The notes: generated by a model from the sequence alone, not told the origin. Positions 49,686-60,787 are shown, counted from the first letter of the whole stretch. The stretch: DNA of 63,998 nucleotides, filler included, from 5 parts of 5 records of this genome joined end to end with filler, not necessarily neighbours in it, one strand, 5' to 3'. Made by a program: numbers and translations.

Positions 49686-51503
49686 ATGTTGAATTCACTC
49701 TCCGTCCGGACTCGGATGGCCGCTCTACTCGTCATCAGCATTGCCTTTCTGCTTGGGCTTGCTGCCTTCACGGGAACGCAGCTTCGGGCTATCGGAAACG
49801 AGATTGAAGAAATCGCAGAACTGGACGTTCCGATTTCGGCGCTGCTGACGAAGATGACAACCCATCAGCTCGAACAGGCGATACATTTTGAGCGGGCCGT
49901 TCGATACGGCGAAGAAATGCACGTCTCTTCGTTTGCAGACGACGTGCGTGCGGCAGCGCGCAAGCATTTCGACGAGGAAATCAAGGCGTTCCAAAAGTAT
50001 TCCAAACTTGTTGTCGAAGAAGGTGAAGCCGTGCATGCGATGCACGACATCGCCGTCGAACGGGCGCTGAATGACGAAGCGCTCGCACATTATAACAGCG
50101 TCGATCAAAGCATCGTTTCGCTGCTTGAGGGCCACAAGAGTTACGAAGAAGGTGTTCAGGCGCTTTTCGATCAGCTCCGGACCGGTGATCGCCAAGGTCT
50201 TGCGGCGGCGATTGAAGCTGTCGCGAAAGAAGAGGACGCTTTCATCAGGAGTCTGGAGGGGACCACGGAACGGGTGATCGCCTTCACGCAGAAGACCGCC
50301 GTTCGGGCAGAAGAGCATGAGCACGCCACCGAGCAAATGCTGCTCTATGCGACGGCGCTCGCGGCGATCATCAGTGCTCTCGCCAGTTTCGTGATCGCCG
50401 GATCGATCCTGAAGCCGATCCGACAGGCGGTGGGGCTGATTGATGAGGTTATCGGAGGAAATACCGCTGTCGCCGTGCCGCAGGGCTACAAGGCGGAGAT
50501 CGGGCGCCTGATGGAGGCGGTATCTAAATTGCGGGATGCAACGGCGGAGATTGCGGAAGCACGAGCGGCTCAAGCAGCCTCGGAGAAAGCGGCGGCAGAT
50601 GACAGAAGCCGCTCACTGAATGAAATGGCCGATACCGTCGAGACTGAAACGACCGAAGTCTGGACTCGCGTTCAAAGTGAGTCTGCCCATCTCAACGGCA
50701 TCGCGGATCAGATGGCGGGGTCGGCGCAAAATCTTGGTGAAAACGCAACGGCGGTCAGTGCTGCATCCGAGGAGTCCCTCGTAAACGCGGAAGCCGTGGC
50801 ATCGGCCGCGGAAGAGCTTGCGGCCTCCATTGCCGAAATCTCGAGCCATGTTGACCAGAGCGCGGAAATCGCCAAGTCGGCGGCTTCCCAGGCGGAACAG
50901 TCCCGGGCGGTTGTTGAAAGTCTGTCGGAAGCTGCCAAGAAGGTCGGTGAAGTGGTCGGTCTGATCAATGATATTGCCGAGCAGACCAACCTTTTGGCGC
51001 TTAACGCCACGATCGAGGCCGCGCGGGCAGGTGAAGCCGGAAAAGGTTTCGCCGTGGTGGCGTCCGAAGTGAAAAACCTGGCGAACCAGACGCAGGGGTC
51101 GACGGCGTCGATCACCGGAGAAGTCAACGGCATGCTGGAGGTTACTTCAGATGCTGTTAAGGCGATCACGAGCATCATCGACACGATCGCCAACATCAAC
51201 GAGAAGAGCGAGGAAATCAGCGCGGCCGTTCAGAGCCAGGATCAGGCAACCCGTGAGATCGCAAGCAATGTGACCGAAGCTGCCGCCGGCGCGCGGGAGG
51301 TCTCGGAACGGATTGCCGTTGTCTCCCGGGATGCCCAGGGGGTGGGATCGCTTTCCAGTGATGTCTCCATGGCGACCCAGAAGCTGGGTGGCGAGGTCGA
51401 GCAACTGAAAAACACGGTTATCCGGGTTGTGCGTACCGCGACCCCCGAGGTTAACCGGCGGGAAAGATCTATCCCGGTCGAACACGACCGCCGCGCTCGT
51501 TGA
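49686..51503 (+). CDS. methyl-accepting chemotaxis protein
   Basis: MCP signalling motif; 2 TM; Arg-rich C-terminal tail. Confidence 0.96.
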   Translation: MLNSLSVRTRMAALLVISIAFLLGLAAFTGTQLRAIGNEIEEIAELDVPISALLTKMTTHQLEQAIHFERAVRYGEEMHVSSFADDVRAAARKHFDEEIKAFQKYSKLVVEEGEAVHAMHDIAVERALNDEALAHYNSVDQSIVSLLEGHKSYEEGVQALFDQLRTGDRQGLAAAIEAVAKEEDAFIRSLEGTTERVIAFTQKTAVRAEEHEHATEQMLLYATALAAIISALASFVIAGSILKPIRQAVGLIDEVIGGNTAVAVPQGYKAEIGRLMEAVSKLRDATAEIAEARAAQAASEKAAADDRSRSLNEMADTVETETTEVWTRVQSESAHLNGIADQMAGSAQNLGENATAVSAASEESLVNAEAVASAAEELAASIAEISSHVDQSAEIAKSAASQAEQSRAVVESLSEAAKKVGEVVGLINDIAEQTNLLALNATIEAARAGEAGKGFAVVASEVKNLANQTQGSTASITGEVNGMLEVTSDAVKAITSIIDTIANINEKSEEISAAVQSQDQATREIASNVTEAAAGAREVSERIAVVSRDAQGVGSLSSDVSMATQKLGGEVEQLKNTVIRVVRTATPEVNRRERSIPVEHDRRAR

Positions 51504-53211
51504 GCGCGACCGGCAGAGCGGTTACGTCTTCAATCAGGCGGGCGCTGATACTCTGTTCCCGTCCGCGGGCGGTGATTTCAGCTCGCTCCCCGATCTCCAG
51601 GACGAGGCCCGCCGCCGTGATCACGGCCTCCGAGAGGATGAGCTGAACGCCATGCTCCTTGGTCAGGGCTTCGAGACGGCTTGCGGTATTCACCGTGTCG
51701 CCGACTGCGGTCAGCCCCATTGTGTCCCGGTAACCAAGCTCGCCGACAATGGCCGGGCCGCCATGGATACCGATACCGATACGCAACGGCTCGTCCAGAT
51801 CCGCCGCCAGTGAAGCGTTCAGCCGTTGCAGGTTTTCGCCCATGTAGCGGGCCGCCAGAATGGCGTTGCGGGCACCGGCCTGCATGCCCCGGTCGATGCC
51901 GAACAGGGCCATGATGCCGTCGCCGATGAACTTGTCGATGCGTCCGCCCGCGCTTTCGATGGCATGGCCCATTTCGGAAAAGTAACGGTTCAGGATGAAA
52001 ACCGTGTCATAGGGCAGGCGCTGTTCGGTCAGCTCGGTAAAGCCTCTGATATCGGCGAACAGAACGACGATGTCGCGCTCCTGCCCGGCGTGATAATCCG
52101 GCCGTGCTCCCGTATCCTCGACACGTGCCTGCGCCGGCGGCAGCAGGGGTGTCACTTCCAGATCGACGGTAGGGATGGTCTGACAGGCGAGCCGCACATT
52201 GTCCGGCGCGCCGACCCGCTTCAAAACCTTGGCTTCAAGCTCGGACGGCGGCGGCAGGGTATCCAGTCCGCTGCCGATCCACACCCGGCAGGTTGAGCAG
52301 CGTCCCCGGCCGCCGCAGACGGAGGCGTGAGGGATACCGGCACGCCGGCTGGTCTCCAGGATAGTGGCACCGGCACGCAGTCCCACTTTCTGGCCTGTGT
52401 GATAGGTCAACGTGACGTCCGGCTCGGTCTTTTTCAGGATATGCAGGCGCACGGACCGGGCGGCAAAAGCCAGAAGAACCAAGCCATAATAGCTGTACTC
52501 GACGGTGCGCACCCAGGCCAGAAATGCCTGCTGTTCCGCGCCGCGGGGCAGCTCGAAAGACCCCAGAACGAAGCCTAGCCATGCGCTGTCTTCCGCCATG
52601 CGCAGCACTTCCATCCCGGAGGCGACAAAACCGGCGAGGGAGAGTGTCGGAACCATCACGGCAAGGGTGAGCCAGAGCGGCAGCAGGCGGCGGTATCCCG
52701 GTTTGAACCGCAGCCAGAGATGCAGGCCGATGCAGCCGTGAATCCACGATGTCAGAAGCAGTGCGGTCTGGCTGACGATGTAATGCGGTGCGAACTTCCA
52801 GACCACCAGCTGGACATAGAGATAGGACGGGTCGGCATCGAAAAACTCGTCCAGGGCGCGCGTGCCCATCGCGTGGTTGATCAGAAAGACCGGTATGGAA
52901 AGACCGAGCGTGAGCTGGGCGATCTCCGCCCGGCTCATACCCCGGAGGGAGTCCCGCCGAAAGATGGCGACAAGCGCGATAGCCAGATGGAGTGTCAGGG
53001 CGGAATAAAGGGCTGCCGTGGGGAGTGCCTGACGCCAGAAAATCACAAACCATTTTCCGCTCGCCAGCAGAGCGTCGATGGAGAGGATACCGGCGGCATG
53101 GTTCAGCAGATGGGTGGCAACGTAAGTGAACAGCACCAGTCCGGAAAGAGTGTGCACCCGTCGCCAAAGCGGGCTGTTCCGGCCACGCGGTTTCGCTACA
53201 TCGTCAGACAA
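51469..53211 (-). CDS. CyaC-type adenylate cyclase (His-rich membrane anchor + 2Fe-2S ferredoxin + class III cyclase)
   Basis: HLLNH and [11 protein letters not shown] histidines; [10 protein letters not shown]...[31 protein letters not shown]; likely TTG start 53211 after GGAG. Confidence 0.92.
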   Translation of the reverse strand: MSDDVAKPRGRNSPLWRRVHTLSGLVLFTYVATHLLNHAAGILSIDALLASGKWFVIFWRQALPTAALYSALTLHLAIALVAIFRRDSLRGMSRAEIAQLTLGLSIPVFLINHAMGTRALDEFFDADPSYLYVQLVVWKFAPHYIVSQTALLLTSWIHGCIGLHLWLRFKPGYRRLLPLWLTLAVMVPTLSLAGFVASGMEVLRMAEDSAWLGFVLGSFELPRGAEQQAFLAWVRTVEYSYYGLVLLAFAARSVRLHILKKTEPDVTLTYHTGQKVGLRAGATILETSRRAGIPHASVCGGRGRCSTCRVWIGSGLDTLPPPSELEAKVLKRVGAPDNVRLACQTIPTVDLEVTPLLPPAQARVEDTGARPDYHAGQERDIVVLFADIRGFTELTEQRLPYDTVFILNRYFSEMGHAIESAGGRIDKFIGDGIMALFGIDRGMQAGARNAILAARYMGENLQRLNASLAADLDEPLRIGIGIHGGPAIVGELGYRDTMGLTAVGDTVNTASRLEALTKEHGVQLILSEAVITAAGLVLEIGERAEITARGREQSISARLIEDVTALPVALNERGGRVRPG

Positions 53212-53368
53212 GCTGTTCGCTCCGGCTATCCGCGTCGGCCAATTTGGCCAAAAAGCTATTAGATAATCAATCCTGGTAAAAACCCAATCCTTTGAATTTT
53301 CTGTGAGATCGGGTACACGAGCAGGAAGGCATATCGCAGATGCCGATTGGGGCCAGGTTCGCAAATCC

Positions 53369-54094
53369 ATGAGCGCACTATTATCCATTCGGAAGCTGAC
53401 CAAGCGTTTCGGTTCGATCACGGCCGTTGACGGCCTGGAGTTCGAGGTTGGGCGCGGAGAGGTTCTGGGCTTCCTCGGTCCGAACGGGGCCGGCAAATCC
53501 ACAACTATGAAAATGATTTCGGGTTTCCTGGCGCCGACAGCCGGAACCGCGCTTGTCGCCGGGCATGATGTCCGGCAGGCGCCGCAGGCGGTGAAGGCTG
53601 CGATCGGCTACCTGCCCGAGGGCGCGCCGGCCTATCCGGACATGACACCGCTGTCCTTTCTCTGCTTCGTCGCGCGGATTCGCGGCATTGCCGAGAAAGA
53701 CGTGGCGGACGCCGTCGAGCGGGTGATCGTGCAGACCCGTCTGGCGGATGTGGTCATGCAGCCGATAGAAACCCTGTCCAAGGGCTTCAAACGCCGGGTC
53801 GGTCTGGCCCAGGCTCTGGTCCACGATCCGGAAGTGCTGATCCTGGACGAGCCGACGGACGGCCTCGATCCGAACCAGAAGCACGAGGTGCGCGGTCTGA
53901 TCCAGGGCATGGCGGCGGAGAAATGCATCATCGTCTCCACCCACATTCTGGAAGAGGTCGACGCGGTCTGTACCCGGGCCATGATCATCGCCCGGGGCCG
54001 TGTACTGGCGGATGGCACGCCCGCCGATCTGAAAGCCCGTTCCGGCGCTGCCAGCCTTGATGATTATTTCCGCGAGGTCACTGGCCATGCGTAA
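53369..54094 (+). CDS. ABC transporter ATP-binding protein (GldA-like)
   Basis: GPNGAGKST, LSKGFKRR, LDEPTDGLDP. Confidence 0.95.
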   Translation: MSALLSIRKLTKRFGSITAVDGLEFEVGRGEVLGFLGPNGAGKSTTMKMISGFLAPTAGTALVAGHDVRQAPQAVKAAIGYLPEGAPAYPDMTPLSFLCFVARIRGIAEKDVADAVERVIVQTRLADVVMQPIETLSKGFKRRVGLAQALVHDPEVLILDEPTDGLDPNQKHEVRGLIQGMAAEKCIIVSTHILEEVDAVCTRAMIIARGRVLADGTPADLKARSGAASLDDYFREVTGHA

Positions 54095-54821
54095 TATAGG
54101 GTTGATCTTCCGGCGTGAATTCGCGGCCTATTTCGCCACACCGCTGGCCTATATCTTCATCGTCATCTTCCTGGTCATGGCCGGGACGATGACGTTCTTC
54201 GTCGGTGGATTTCTCGCCCGCGACCAGGCGGACCTGCAACCCTTCTTCGGCTTTCACCCGTGGCTCTATCTGTTTCTGGTGCCGGCTTTGTCCATGCGGC
54301 TCTGGGCCGAGGACCGCAGGCTCGGCACCATCGAGCTGCTGCTGACATTGCCGATCACCATGATCGAAGCCGTGCTCGGCAAGTTTCTGGCGGCCTGGGC
54401 CTTTACCGGTGTCGCACTGGTTCTGACCTTCCCGCTTTGGATCAGCGTCAATTATCTCGGCAATCCGGATAACGGCGTCATCGTCGCCTCCTATCTCGGC
54501 AGCTATCTGATGGCCGGCGCCTATATGGCCATCGGCTCGCTGATCTCGGCGATGACCAAGAACCAGGTGATCGCCTTTGTTGTAACGGCGGCGGTCTGCT
54601 TCCTCTTCACCGTGGCGGGCTCGCCGATCCTGCTGAACTATTTCGAGAACTGGGCGCCGGGCGAGCTGGTACAGACCATCGCCAGCTTCGGCTTCATGAC
54701 GCATTTCCAGGCCATTCAGCGCGGTGTGATCGATCTGCGCGACTTGATCTTCTTCGGCTCCGCGATTGTCATTGCCCTGACCGCGAATGCCTATGTCATC
54801 GACTGGAAGAAGGCGGAATAG
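54087..54821 (+). CDS. ABC-2 permease (GldF-like)
   Basis: REF..YF.TPLAY, PALSMRLWAED, GTIELLLTLP. Confidence 0.93.
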   Translation: MRNIGLIFRREFAAYFATPLAYIFIVIFLVMAGTMTFFVGGFLARDQADLQPFFGFHPWLYLFLVPALSMRLWAEDRRLGTIELLLTLPITMIEAVLGKFLAAWAFTGVALVLTFPLWISVNYLGNPDNGVIVASYLGSYLMAGAYMAIGSLISAMTKNQVIAFVVTAAVCFLFTVAGSPILLNYFENWAPGELVQTIASFGFMTHFQAIQRGVIDLRDLIFFGSAIVIALTANAYVIDWKKAE

Positions 54822-54822
54822 G

Positions 54823-56814
54823 ATGAGCACTCCCTCTGCCCCAAACCCTTTGGCTCGAGCCCATAGCAGCTTCTTCACGCAGGGCCGTCTGGCCGTCGCA
54901 GCCCTGTTCCTGCTGCTGACACTTTTCCTGGCGCTGAACGTTCTGTCCTCGGCCCTGTTCACCTCGACCAGGCTCGATCTCACGGAAGAAGGCCTCTTTT
55001 CGCTCTCGGACGGAACCGAAGCGCTGCTCGAGAGCATCGAGGAGCCGGTCACCCTGAAGTTCTATTATTCGGAAGCACTGGGCCGGGAGATTCCGTTCTA
55101 CGGCATCTATGCCGGACGGGTGCGGGACCTGCTTGACGAATATGCGGCCCGGTCCGGTGGCAAGGTCCGTGTCGAGATCTACGACCCGGAGCCTTTCACG
55201 GAGCTTGAAGACCGTGCCGTCGCGGACGGCTTGCAGCAGATACCGTTGCAGGAAGGCGGGGAGCAGGTGTTCTTCGGGCTTTCCGGCACCAATCTGACGG
55301 ACGACCTCGAGGTTATCCCGTTCCTGCAGCCGGAGCGGGAAACCTTCCTCGAATATGATATCTCCCGTCTGATTTACGCCTTGGCGAAACCGAAACGAAC
55401 AGTGCTCGGGATTGTCACCAGCCTGCCGATGCAGGGCACGGTACGGATGAACGCGATGGGGCAGCAGACGCCGGTGGCGCCGTATATTATCGCGGATCAG
55501 ATCGGCGCGACTTACGAGACCCGCTATCTGAACGCGGATTTCGACAAGATCCCGGACGACGTCACCGTGCTGATGCTGGCCCATACCGCGGAGCTTGGGC
55601 CGCGCGCGCAGTTCGCCATCGACCAGTTTCTGCTTGGCGGCGGCAAGGCGCTGATCTTCGTTGATCCCTATGCGGAGTCCGAAGCTGGCCAGGCTCAGTT
55701 CTTTGGCCAGACAACCCCGGAAAGCAGCACCCTCGCGACCTTGTTCGATCATTGGGGCGTGATCTATGACCCGACCAGGATCGCGGCCGACCGGATGACC
55801 GCGCGCAAGGTGCAGCCGGGCGAGGGCCGGAGGCCGGTGGATTACGTGGCCTGGCTGGAACTCAAGGGCAGCAATATCGACCAATCTTCGCCGATCACGA
55901 CGAATGTGGACACGCTGGCCGTTGCCAGTGCGGGACATATCGCGCTGGCGGAGGATGCAGCGGTGACGATGACGCCTCTGGTCTCGACCTCGCTCGGCTC
56001 GGCCGAGCTGGATGTCGGGCAGGTGAAGGGCATGCGCTCCCCTGAAGCGCTGTTGCGCAGCTATCAGCCCGGCCCGAGTGCGCTGGTCGTCGCCGCGCGC
56101 CTGACCGCGGACGGTGTCACGACGGCGTTCCCTGACGGCCCGCCGGAAAAGGCGGTGAAGGAAGGCGAAGACGCGCCGAGCGCGGAAGATGACGCCGCCT
56201 ACAAGGCGAAGTTCCCGCAGGTCTTGACGAAATCGACCGCGCCGCTCGATGTGATTGTCGTTGCTGACAGCGATGTGCTGGCGGACCGGTTCTGGGTCCG
56301 GGTGCAGCAGTTCTTCGGACGCCGGGTGCCGGTGCCGGTCTCTGGCAATGGCGATTTCGTGCTGAACAGCCTCGATGCCCTGTCCGGCAGCAGCACGCTT
56401 CTGGGCTTGCGCGGCCGTGGCTCCACCTCCCGCCCGTTCGAGGTGCTGGAGGAGATCGAGCGCGAGGCGGAGAAGCAATACGCCGCCCGCGAAGAGCAGT
56501 TGCAAAAGACCCTGGCGGAAACACAGCAACGGTTTGACGCGTTGCGGCGCGGCATGCCGGACGGCTCGGCCGCCATTGTGACTGAGCAGGAACAGGCCGA
56601 GATCGAGGGATACCGGCAGGAGATCCTCCGGATACGCAGTGAGCTGCGTGCCGTGCAACGCTCGGTCCGGGAGGATGTGGATCGGCTGGAGACAGAGCTC
56701 TGGTTCTACAATATCGCTTTGGTGCCGATCCTGATTACGATCCTGGCGCTTATCCTTGCCTTCTGGCGCAGTCTGCGCCGCCGGCGCCGTCATGCGTCCG
56801 TGGCCGCCGGTTAG
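54823..56814 (+). CDS. GldG-like ABC auxiliary component
   Basis: RLDLTEEGLFSLS, LEYDISR, IDQFLLGGG, VVADSD, GNGDF. Confidence 0.9.
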   Translation: MSTPSAPNPLARAHSSFFTQGRLAVAALFLLLTLFLALNVLSSALFTSTRLDLTEEGLFSLSDGTEALLESIEEPVTLKFYYSEALGREIPFYGIYAGRVRDLLDEYAARSGGKVRVEIYDPEPFTELEDRAVADGLQQIPLQEGGEQVFFGLSGTNLTDDLEVIPFLQPERETFLEYDISRLIYALAKPKRTVLGIVTSLPMQGTVRMNAMGQQTPVAPYIIADQIGATYETRYLNADFDKIPDDVTVLMLAHTAELGPRAQFAIDQFLLGGGKALIFVDPYAESEAGQAQFFGQTTPESSTLATLFDHWGVIYDPTRIAADRMTARKVQPGEGRRPVDYVAWLELKGSNIDQSSPITTNVDTLAVASAGHIALAEDAAVTMTPLVSTSLGSAELDVGQVKGMRSPEALLRSYQPGPSALVVAARLTADGVTTAFPDGPPEKAVKEGEDAPSAEDDAAYKAKFPQVLTKSTAPLDVIVVADSDVLADRFWVRVQQFFGRRVPVPVSGNGDFVLNSLDALSGSSTLLGLRGRGSTSRPFEVLEEIEREAEKQYAAREEQLQKTLAETQQRFDALRRGMPDGSAAIVTEQEQAEIEGYRQEILRIRSELRAVQRSVREDVDRLETELWFYNIALVPILITILALILAFWRSLRRRRRHASVAAG

Positions 56815-56824
56815 GGAGAGACCG

Positions 56825-57889
56825 ATGCTGAGCTTGCGTTCGCTGGGAATTCTGGCCGCCGTCACCGGAGCGGTACTTTTGGCCGCGGTGCTTGCCGTTC
56901 TCTGGCGCCATGATGCGACGATCTCCGTGCTGGACAACGCGCCGGCTTTTCCGGGCTTGGAGCAGCAGATCCCGGATATCGCCCGGGTCGAGATGTCCTG
57001 GAACAAGGATGGCGCGGTCGAACAGGTCAGTATCGTCCGGGAGGACGGAACCTGGCGCATTGCGGAACAGGGCGGCTATCCGGCGGACACGGGCCGGGTC
57101 CGGGATTTCATTCTCTCGCTGGCGGAGTTGACGCTGGTCGAGGCGAAGACGGCCGATCCGGCACGCTATGCCCGGCTCGGTGTTTCCGATGTGGCGGAAG
57201 CAGGTTCCGGGGCGACCCGGGTACGGTTGCTTGGCCGGAGCGGCGACGCCATTGTCGATGCGCTGATCGGCAGTGACCGGACCAGCGGTAGCGGCGGTGC
57301 GATGCTCTATCTGCGGCAGAGCAAGGATGCCCGCTCATGGCTCGCGCATGGTCAGGTCGATGATGTGCACCGCGTGGCCTCGTGGACGGATGAGGCGGTG
57401 GTGGATATCGGCGCCGACCAGATTCAGGAGATCCATCTGACGAGCCCGAGCGGAGAGGTGCTGGAAGTCCGCCGCATGGATGACAGCGAGAAGCCGTTCA
57501 AGCTGATGAATATGCCGGAAGACCGGCAATTGGCGACCTTTTACACCTTGAACGAGATCACGGATGGCCTGTCGGAGCTGAAATTCGAGAATGTCCGGGC
57601 GATGCAGGGCATGACTTTCGAGCCGTCCCTTGGCAACGCGATTTATCAGACCAGAAGCGGCCTCACCGTGATCGTCGATTTCGCGGAAGTTCCGGGCGCC
57701 GACGGTGTCATGGAAACCTGGACGCATTTCTCGATCAATGTCGCCCCGGACGCGACGGAAGAAGCCAAGTCCTTTGCCGCCGCCAATGTGGAGCGGCTCT
57801 CAAGCTGGGCTTATCACCTGTCAGACAGCCGTTTGCAGAGGCTGCGCCACAGCATGGAATCGGCCACGAAGCCCGCGACGGAAGGCTGA
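56825..57889 (+). CDS. DUF4340 domain protein
   Basis: N-terminal anchor; W....GGYPAD, KTADP..Y.RLG; last gene of the Gld-like operon. Confidence 0.8.
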   Translation: MLSLRSLGILAAVTGAVLLAAVLAVLWRHDATISVLDNAPAFPGLEQQIPDIARVEMSWNKDGAVEQVSIVREDGTWRIAEQGGYPADTGRVRDFILSLAELTLVEAKTADPARYARLGVSDVAEAGSGATRVRLLGRSGDAIVDALIGSDRTSGSGGAMLYLRQSKDARSWLAHGQVDDVHRVASWTDEAVVDIGADQIQEIHLTSPSGEVLEVRRMDDSEKPFKLMNMPEDRQLATFYTLNEITDGLSELKFENVRAMQGMTFEPSLGNAIYQTRSGLTVIVDFAEVPGADGVMETWTHFSINVAPDATEEAKSFAAANVERLSSWAYHLSDSRLQRLRHSMESATKPATEG

Positions 57890-57916
57890 CCGGAAGGGCC
57901 AGACCCCCTCCGGTCA
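57887..57916. terminator. hairpin between convergent genes
   Basis: TGACCGGAAGGG...CCCCTCCGGTCA. Confidence 0.6.
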
Positions 57917-57922
57917 ATGACC

Positions 57923-58723
57923 TCACTTTATCGTCGAGAGCAGCTGCGGCGCGGTCACCAGATGCCGGACGCCGTGTGATTTTTTCTCTTCGAAGACATT
58001 GCCCGCCTCGGCCCAGCGGTTGAGCGAGCCGATATCGACCCGCGCGCAATTCGGCCGGACGCTCCAGGTAACCTGAAGCGGCGAGCATTTCGCCTCCGTA
58101 TAGCCGTGCCCGGTCGTCGAGCCGGCAAACACCACGGGAGTGCCCGTGCCGGTCGGCAGTGCCTTGGGCTGATGCAGCCCTCCGGCCATATGTCCGCCAT
58201 AGGTCAGCGTCGTGAAATCCATGGCCTTCGGATCGTTCACTACGAGGAACACCTGGGCTTCGACGCGCAGGTCCGGATTTGCGCAGGCTTCGCTGAGGCA
58301 GGAGCCCAGCCCGGGGCCGGGCGCGACGTCGCAGGAGCTGTAGACCCAGTGAACCTCGATCGTGTCGCCCGGTTTGACATGGCCATAGGCGCCGCTGCCT
58401 GTCGCGGGATCGGCAAGCTCCGCCGCCGAGAGGGCGCCGGACTCATTGCACTTGTAGCCACCATACTCGCCGTCACCGGCATAAACCGTGAAGCCGGGGC
58501 CTTTGTGCTCGGCATTCGTATGCGTATGGATATTACAGAGATTGAGCTTGTCCGCCGCGGGGGCAAGCGAGAAGAGGCGGGCGTTGGTTCCATCCCGTTG
58601 CGCGATATCGCGCGGTGTTTGCGGGCCGAAGCCGGTGCAGATCTCAGCCGCATATACCGCGCCGTTTACGCTGGAGGCGGCAAGCAGCGCTGCCATGCCG
58701 AAGAGTGCGCTGAGTTTCCCCAT
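57923..58723 (-). CDS. delta-class carbonic anhydrase, exported
   Basis: GPQTPRDI, LCNIHTHTNAEHK, EVHWVYSSC, GSTTG, VTWSV; signal peptide. Confidence 0.85.
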   Translation of the reverse strand: MGKLSALFGMAALLAASSVNGAVYAAEICTGFGPQTPRDIAQRDGTNARLFSLAPAADKLNLCNIHTHTNAEHKGPGFTVYAGDGEYGGYKCNESGALSAAELADPATGSGAYGHVKPGDTIEVHWVYSSCDVAPGPGLGSCLSEACANPDLRVEAQVFLVVNDPKAMDFTTLTYGGHMAGGLHQPKALPTGTGTPVVFAGSTTGHGYTEAKCSPLQVTWSVRPNCARVDIGSLNRWAEAGNVFEEKKSHGVRHLVTAPQLLSTIK

Positions 58724-58861
58724 ATTCTTCTCCCTGGTTGGAGGTGCTCGACCTCTGTTTAGCTTGATTCCGATCCCTGCAAGATGATTAGAAGGGCCTG
58801 AAGAAGCGCCCGACGCAAAGTTTTATTATTTTGGGGGCGCCTTAAGCGGGATTGCGCTTTC

Positions 58862-59756
58862 TCAGACGGAATCAGGACGAAGAGGCCAGGTGTCGCCCAC
58901 CCGGTAGCCGCCGGGCCAGGGGTCTGCCGGATCGAGCAGATACTGAAAGGTCCCGGTAATCCAGGCGCTGCCGGTGATCGACGGAATGATCGCCGCCAGC
59001 CCGCCGATTTCGGTCTCTTCCTCGATCCGGCCGGTGAAGGTCGAATCAATGATGGAGCGGGCGGTGAGCCGGTCTCCGACCTGCATGCGGCCCGTGACCC
59101 GGAGCAGGGCCATGCGCGCGGAGAGAGCCGTTCCGGTTGGCGACCGATCGATCTTGCCGGGCTCGATGGCGACGGCATGCCGTGTCTCAAGCCCTTTGGC
59201 GCTGTCTGTCAGGCCGCCTGCGAAGAGGCAAAAGGAGATGTGCCGCCAATCCGGGTTCGTCGGATGACTGAAGCCGAGTTGTTCCGTCGCCGCGCGGGTC
59301 AGCCTGGCACCAAGGTCGGCGAGCGCGCGGCCTTCATCGGGCCGGATGCTAAAGCCGAGGGCATCCGCGTCGACGATGACGAAACTGTCGCCACCATAGC
59401 TCGTGGATACCGTCAGAGTGCCATACCCCTCCACCTCCAGCGGCACATCGATAGCGGCGGCGAAGGAGGGATGGTTGCGCACCGTGATGCTTTCCGCCTT
59501 TCCGTCCCGGCACTGCGCTTCGACCGCGACCAGCCCGCCGGGTGCCTCCAGCATGAAGCGGGTCACGGGTTCTTCCATCGGCACGATGCCGGTTTCCAGC
59601 AGGACGGTGGAGACGCAGATGGAGTTGGAGCCGGACATGGGCGGGGTATGCACCGGCTCCATGATGATCCAGCCCATGGCCGCGCGCGGGTCCTTCGGCG
59701 GCACCAGCAGGTTCACATGCCGGAAGACGCCGCCGCGCGGCTCGTTCAGCATGAAA
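58862..59756 (-). CDS. proline racemase family, Ser/Thr type (probable trans-3-hydroxy-L-proline dehydratase), 5' truncated
   Basis: MSGSN and DRSPTGT replace MCGH and DRSPCGT. Confidence 0.85.
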
Positions 59757-59856
59757 NNNNNNNNNNNNNNNNNNNNNNNNNNNNNNNNNNNNNNNNNNNN
59801 TTAATTAATTAANNNNNNNNNNNNNNNNNNNNNNNNNNNNNNNNNNNNNNNNNNNN
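59757..59856. other. artificial contig linker
   Basis: N44-TTAATTAATTAA-N44. Confidence 0.99.
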
Positions 59857-59857
59857 G

Positions 59858-60787
59858 GGCTATGCCATCCGCATACTGACCGGCGCCACCTTGCCGCAGG
59901 GCGTCGACACGGTTGTGCTGGATGAGGACTGCGCCACAGACGCGGGACAAGTGGCGTTTCGCGGCCCGGTCAAACCCGGCGCCAACACCCGCCGCGCGGG
60001 TGAAGACGTGACCCAAGGCGCGCCGATCCTGCCCCGCGGCCGCGTCCTGACGCCCGCCGACCTCGCGCTGGCCGCCGCCACCGGCCTGTCAGACTTGCCT
60101 GTGCACGCGCCCTTGCGCGTCGGCGTGCTGTCCACCGGGGATGAGGTCGTACCCGCAGGCAGCCCCGCCGCCCCGGGGCAGATCTTTGACGCCAACCGGC
60201 CCATGTTGCTCAGCCTGATCGCGCGGTTCGGCCATGTTCCGGTCGATCTGGGCCATGCCCCCGACAACCGCGACACCCTGCGCGCGCGGCTGGACAGCGC
60301 CGATGCCGACGCGATTCTGACCTCCGGCGGGGCCTCGGCGGGGGATGAGGATCACGTCTCGGCCCTTCTGCGCGAAAGCGGCGCGCTTAACGCCTGGCGC
60401 ATCGCGCTGAAACCGGGCCGCCCGCTGGCACTGGGGATGTGGCAGGGCAAACCGGTGTTCGGCCTGCCCGGCAATCCGGTCGCGGCCTTTGTCTGCGCGC
60501 TGGTCTTTGCCCGCCCCGCCCTGCGCCTGCTGGCCGGGGCCGACTGGTCCGAGCCCACAGGCTTTGACGTTCCCGCCGCCTTTGCCAAAAACAAGAAACC
60601 GGGCCGCCGCGAGTATCTGCGCGCCCGCATCCGCGAGGGCCGCGCCGAGGTCTTCAAATCCGAAGGTTCAGGCCGCATCTCGGGCCTCAGCTGGGCCGAA
60701 GGACTGGTCGAACTGCCCGAAGGTGCTGCGACCATCACCCCCGGCACCCCGGTGCGCTACATCCCCTTCGGCAGTTTCGGCCTCTGA
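59858..60787 (+). CDS. moeA: molybdopterin molybdotransferase, 5' truncated
   Basis: RILTGA, STGDE, TSGGASAG, KPGRP, GLPGNP. Confidence 0.95.
   Translation, partial: GYAIRILTGATLPQGVDTVVLDEDCATDAGQVAFRGPVKPGANTRRAGEDVTQGAPILPRGRVLTPADLALAAATGLSDLPVHAPLRVGVLSTGDEVVPAGSPAAPGQIFDANRPMLLSLIARFGHVPVDLGHAPDNRDTLRARLDSADADAILTSGGASAGDEDHVSALLRESGALNAWRIALKPGRPLALGMWQGKPVFGLPGNPVAAFVCALVFARPALRLLAGADWSEPTGFDVPAAFAKNKKPGRREYLRARIREGRAEVFKSEGSGRISGLSWAEGLVELPEGAATITPGTPVRYIPFGSFGL

Noticed and set aside
53212-53502. 97-codon N-terminal extension of the adenylate cyclase ORF
   Set aside because: Overlaps the divergent ABC gene; TTG 53211 with a GGAG RBS is a better start
54796-57060. 754-aa antisense ORF
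   Set aside because: Shadow of the GldG-like and DUF4340 genes caused by GC-rich codon bias; no motifs
53369-57889. Gliding motility locus
   Set aside because: Only ABC-type GldA/F/G homologs in an alphaproteobacterial contig; no T9SS or motor genes
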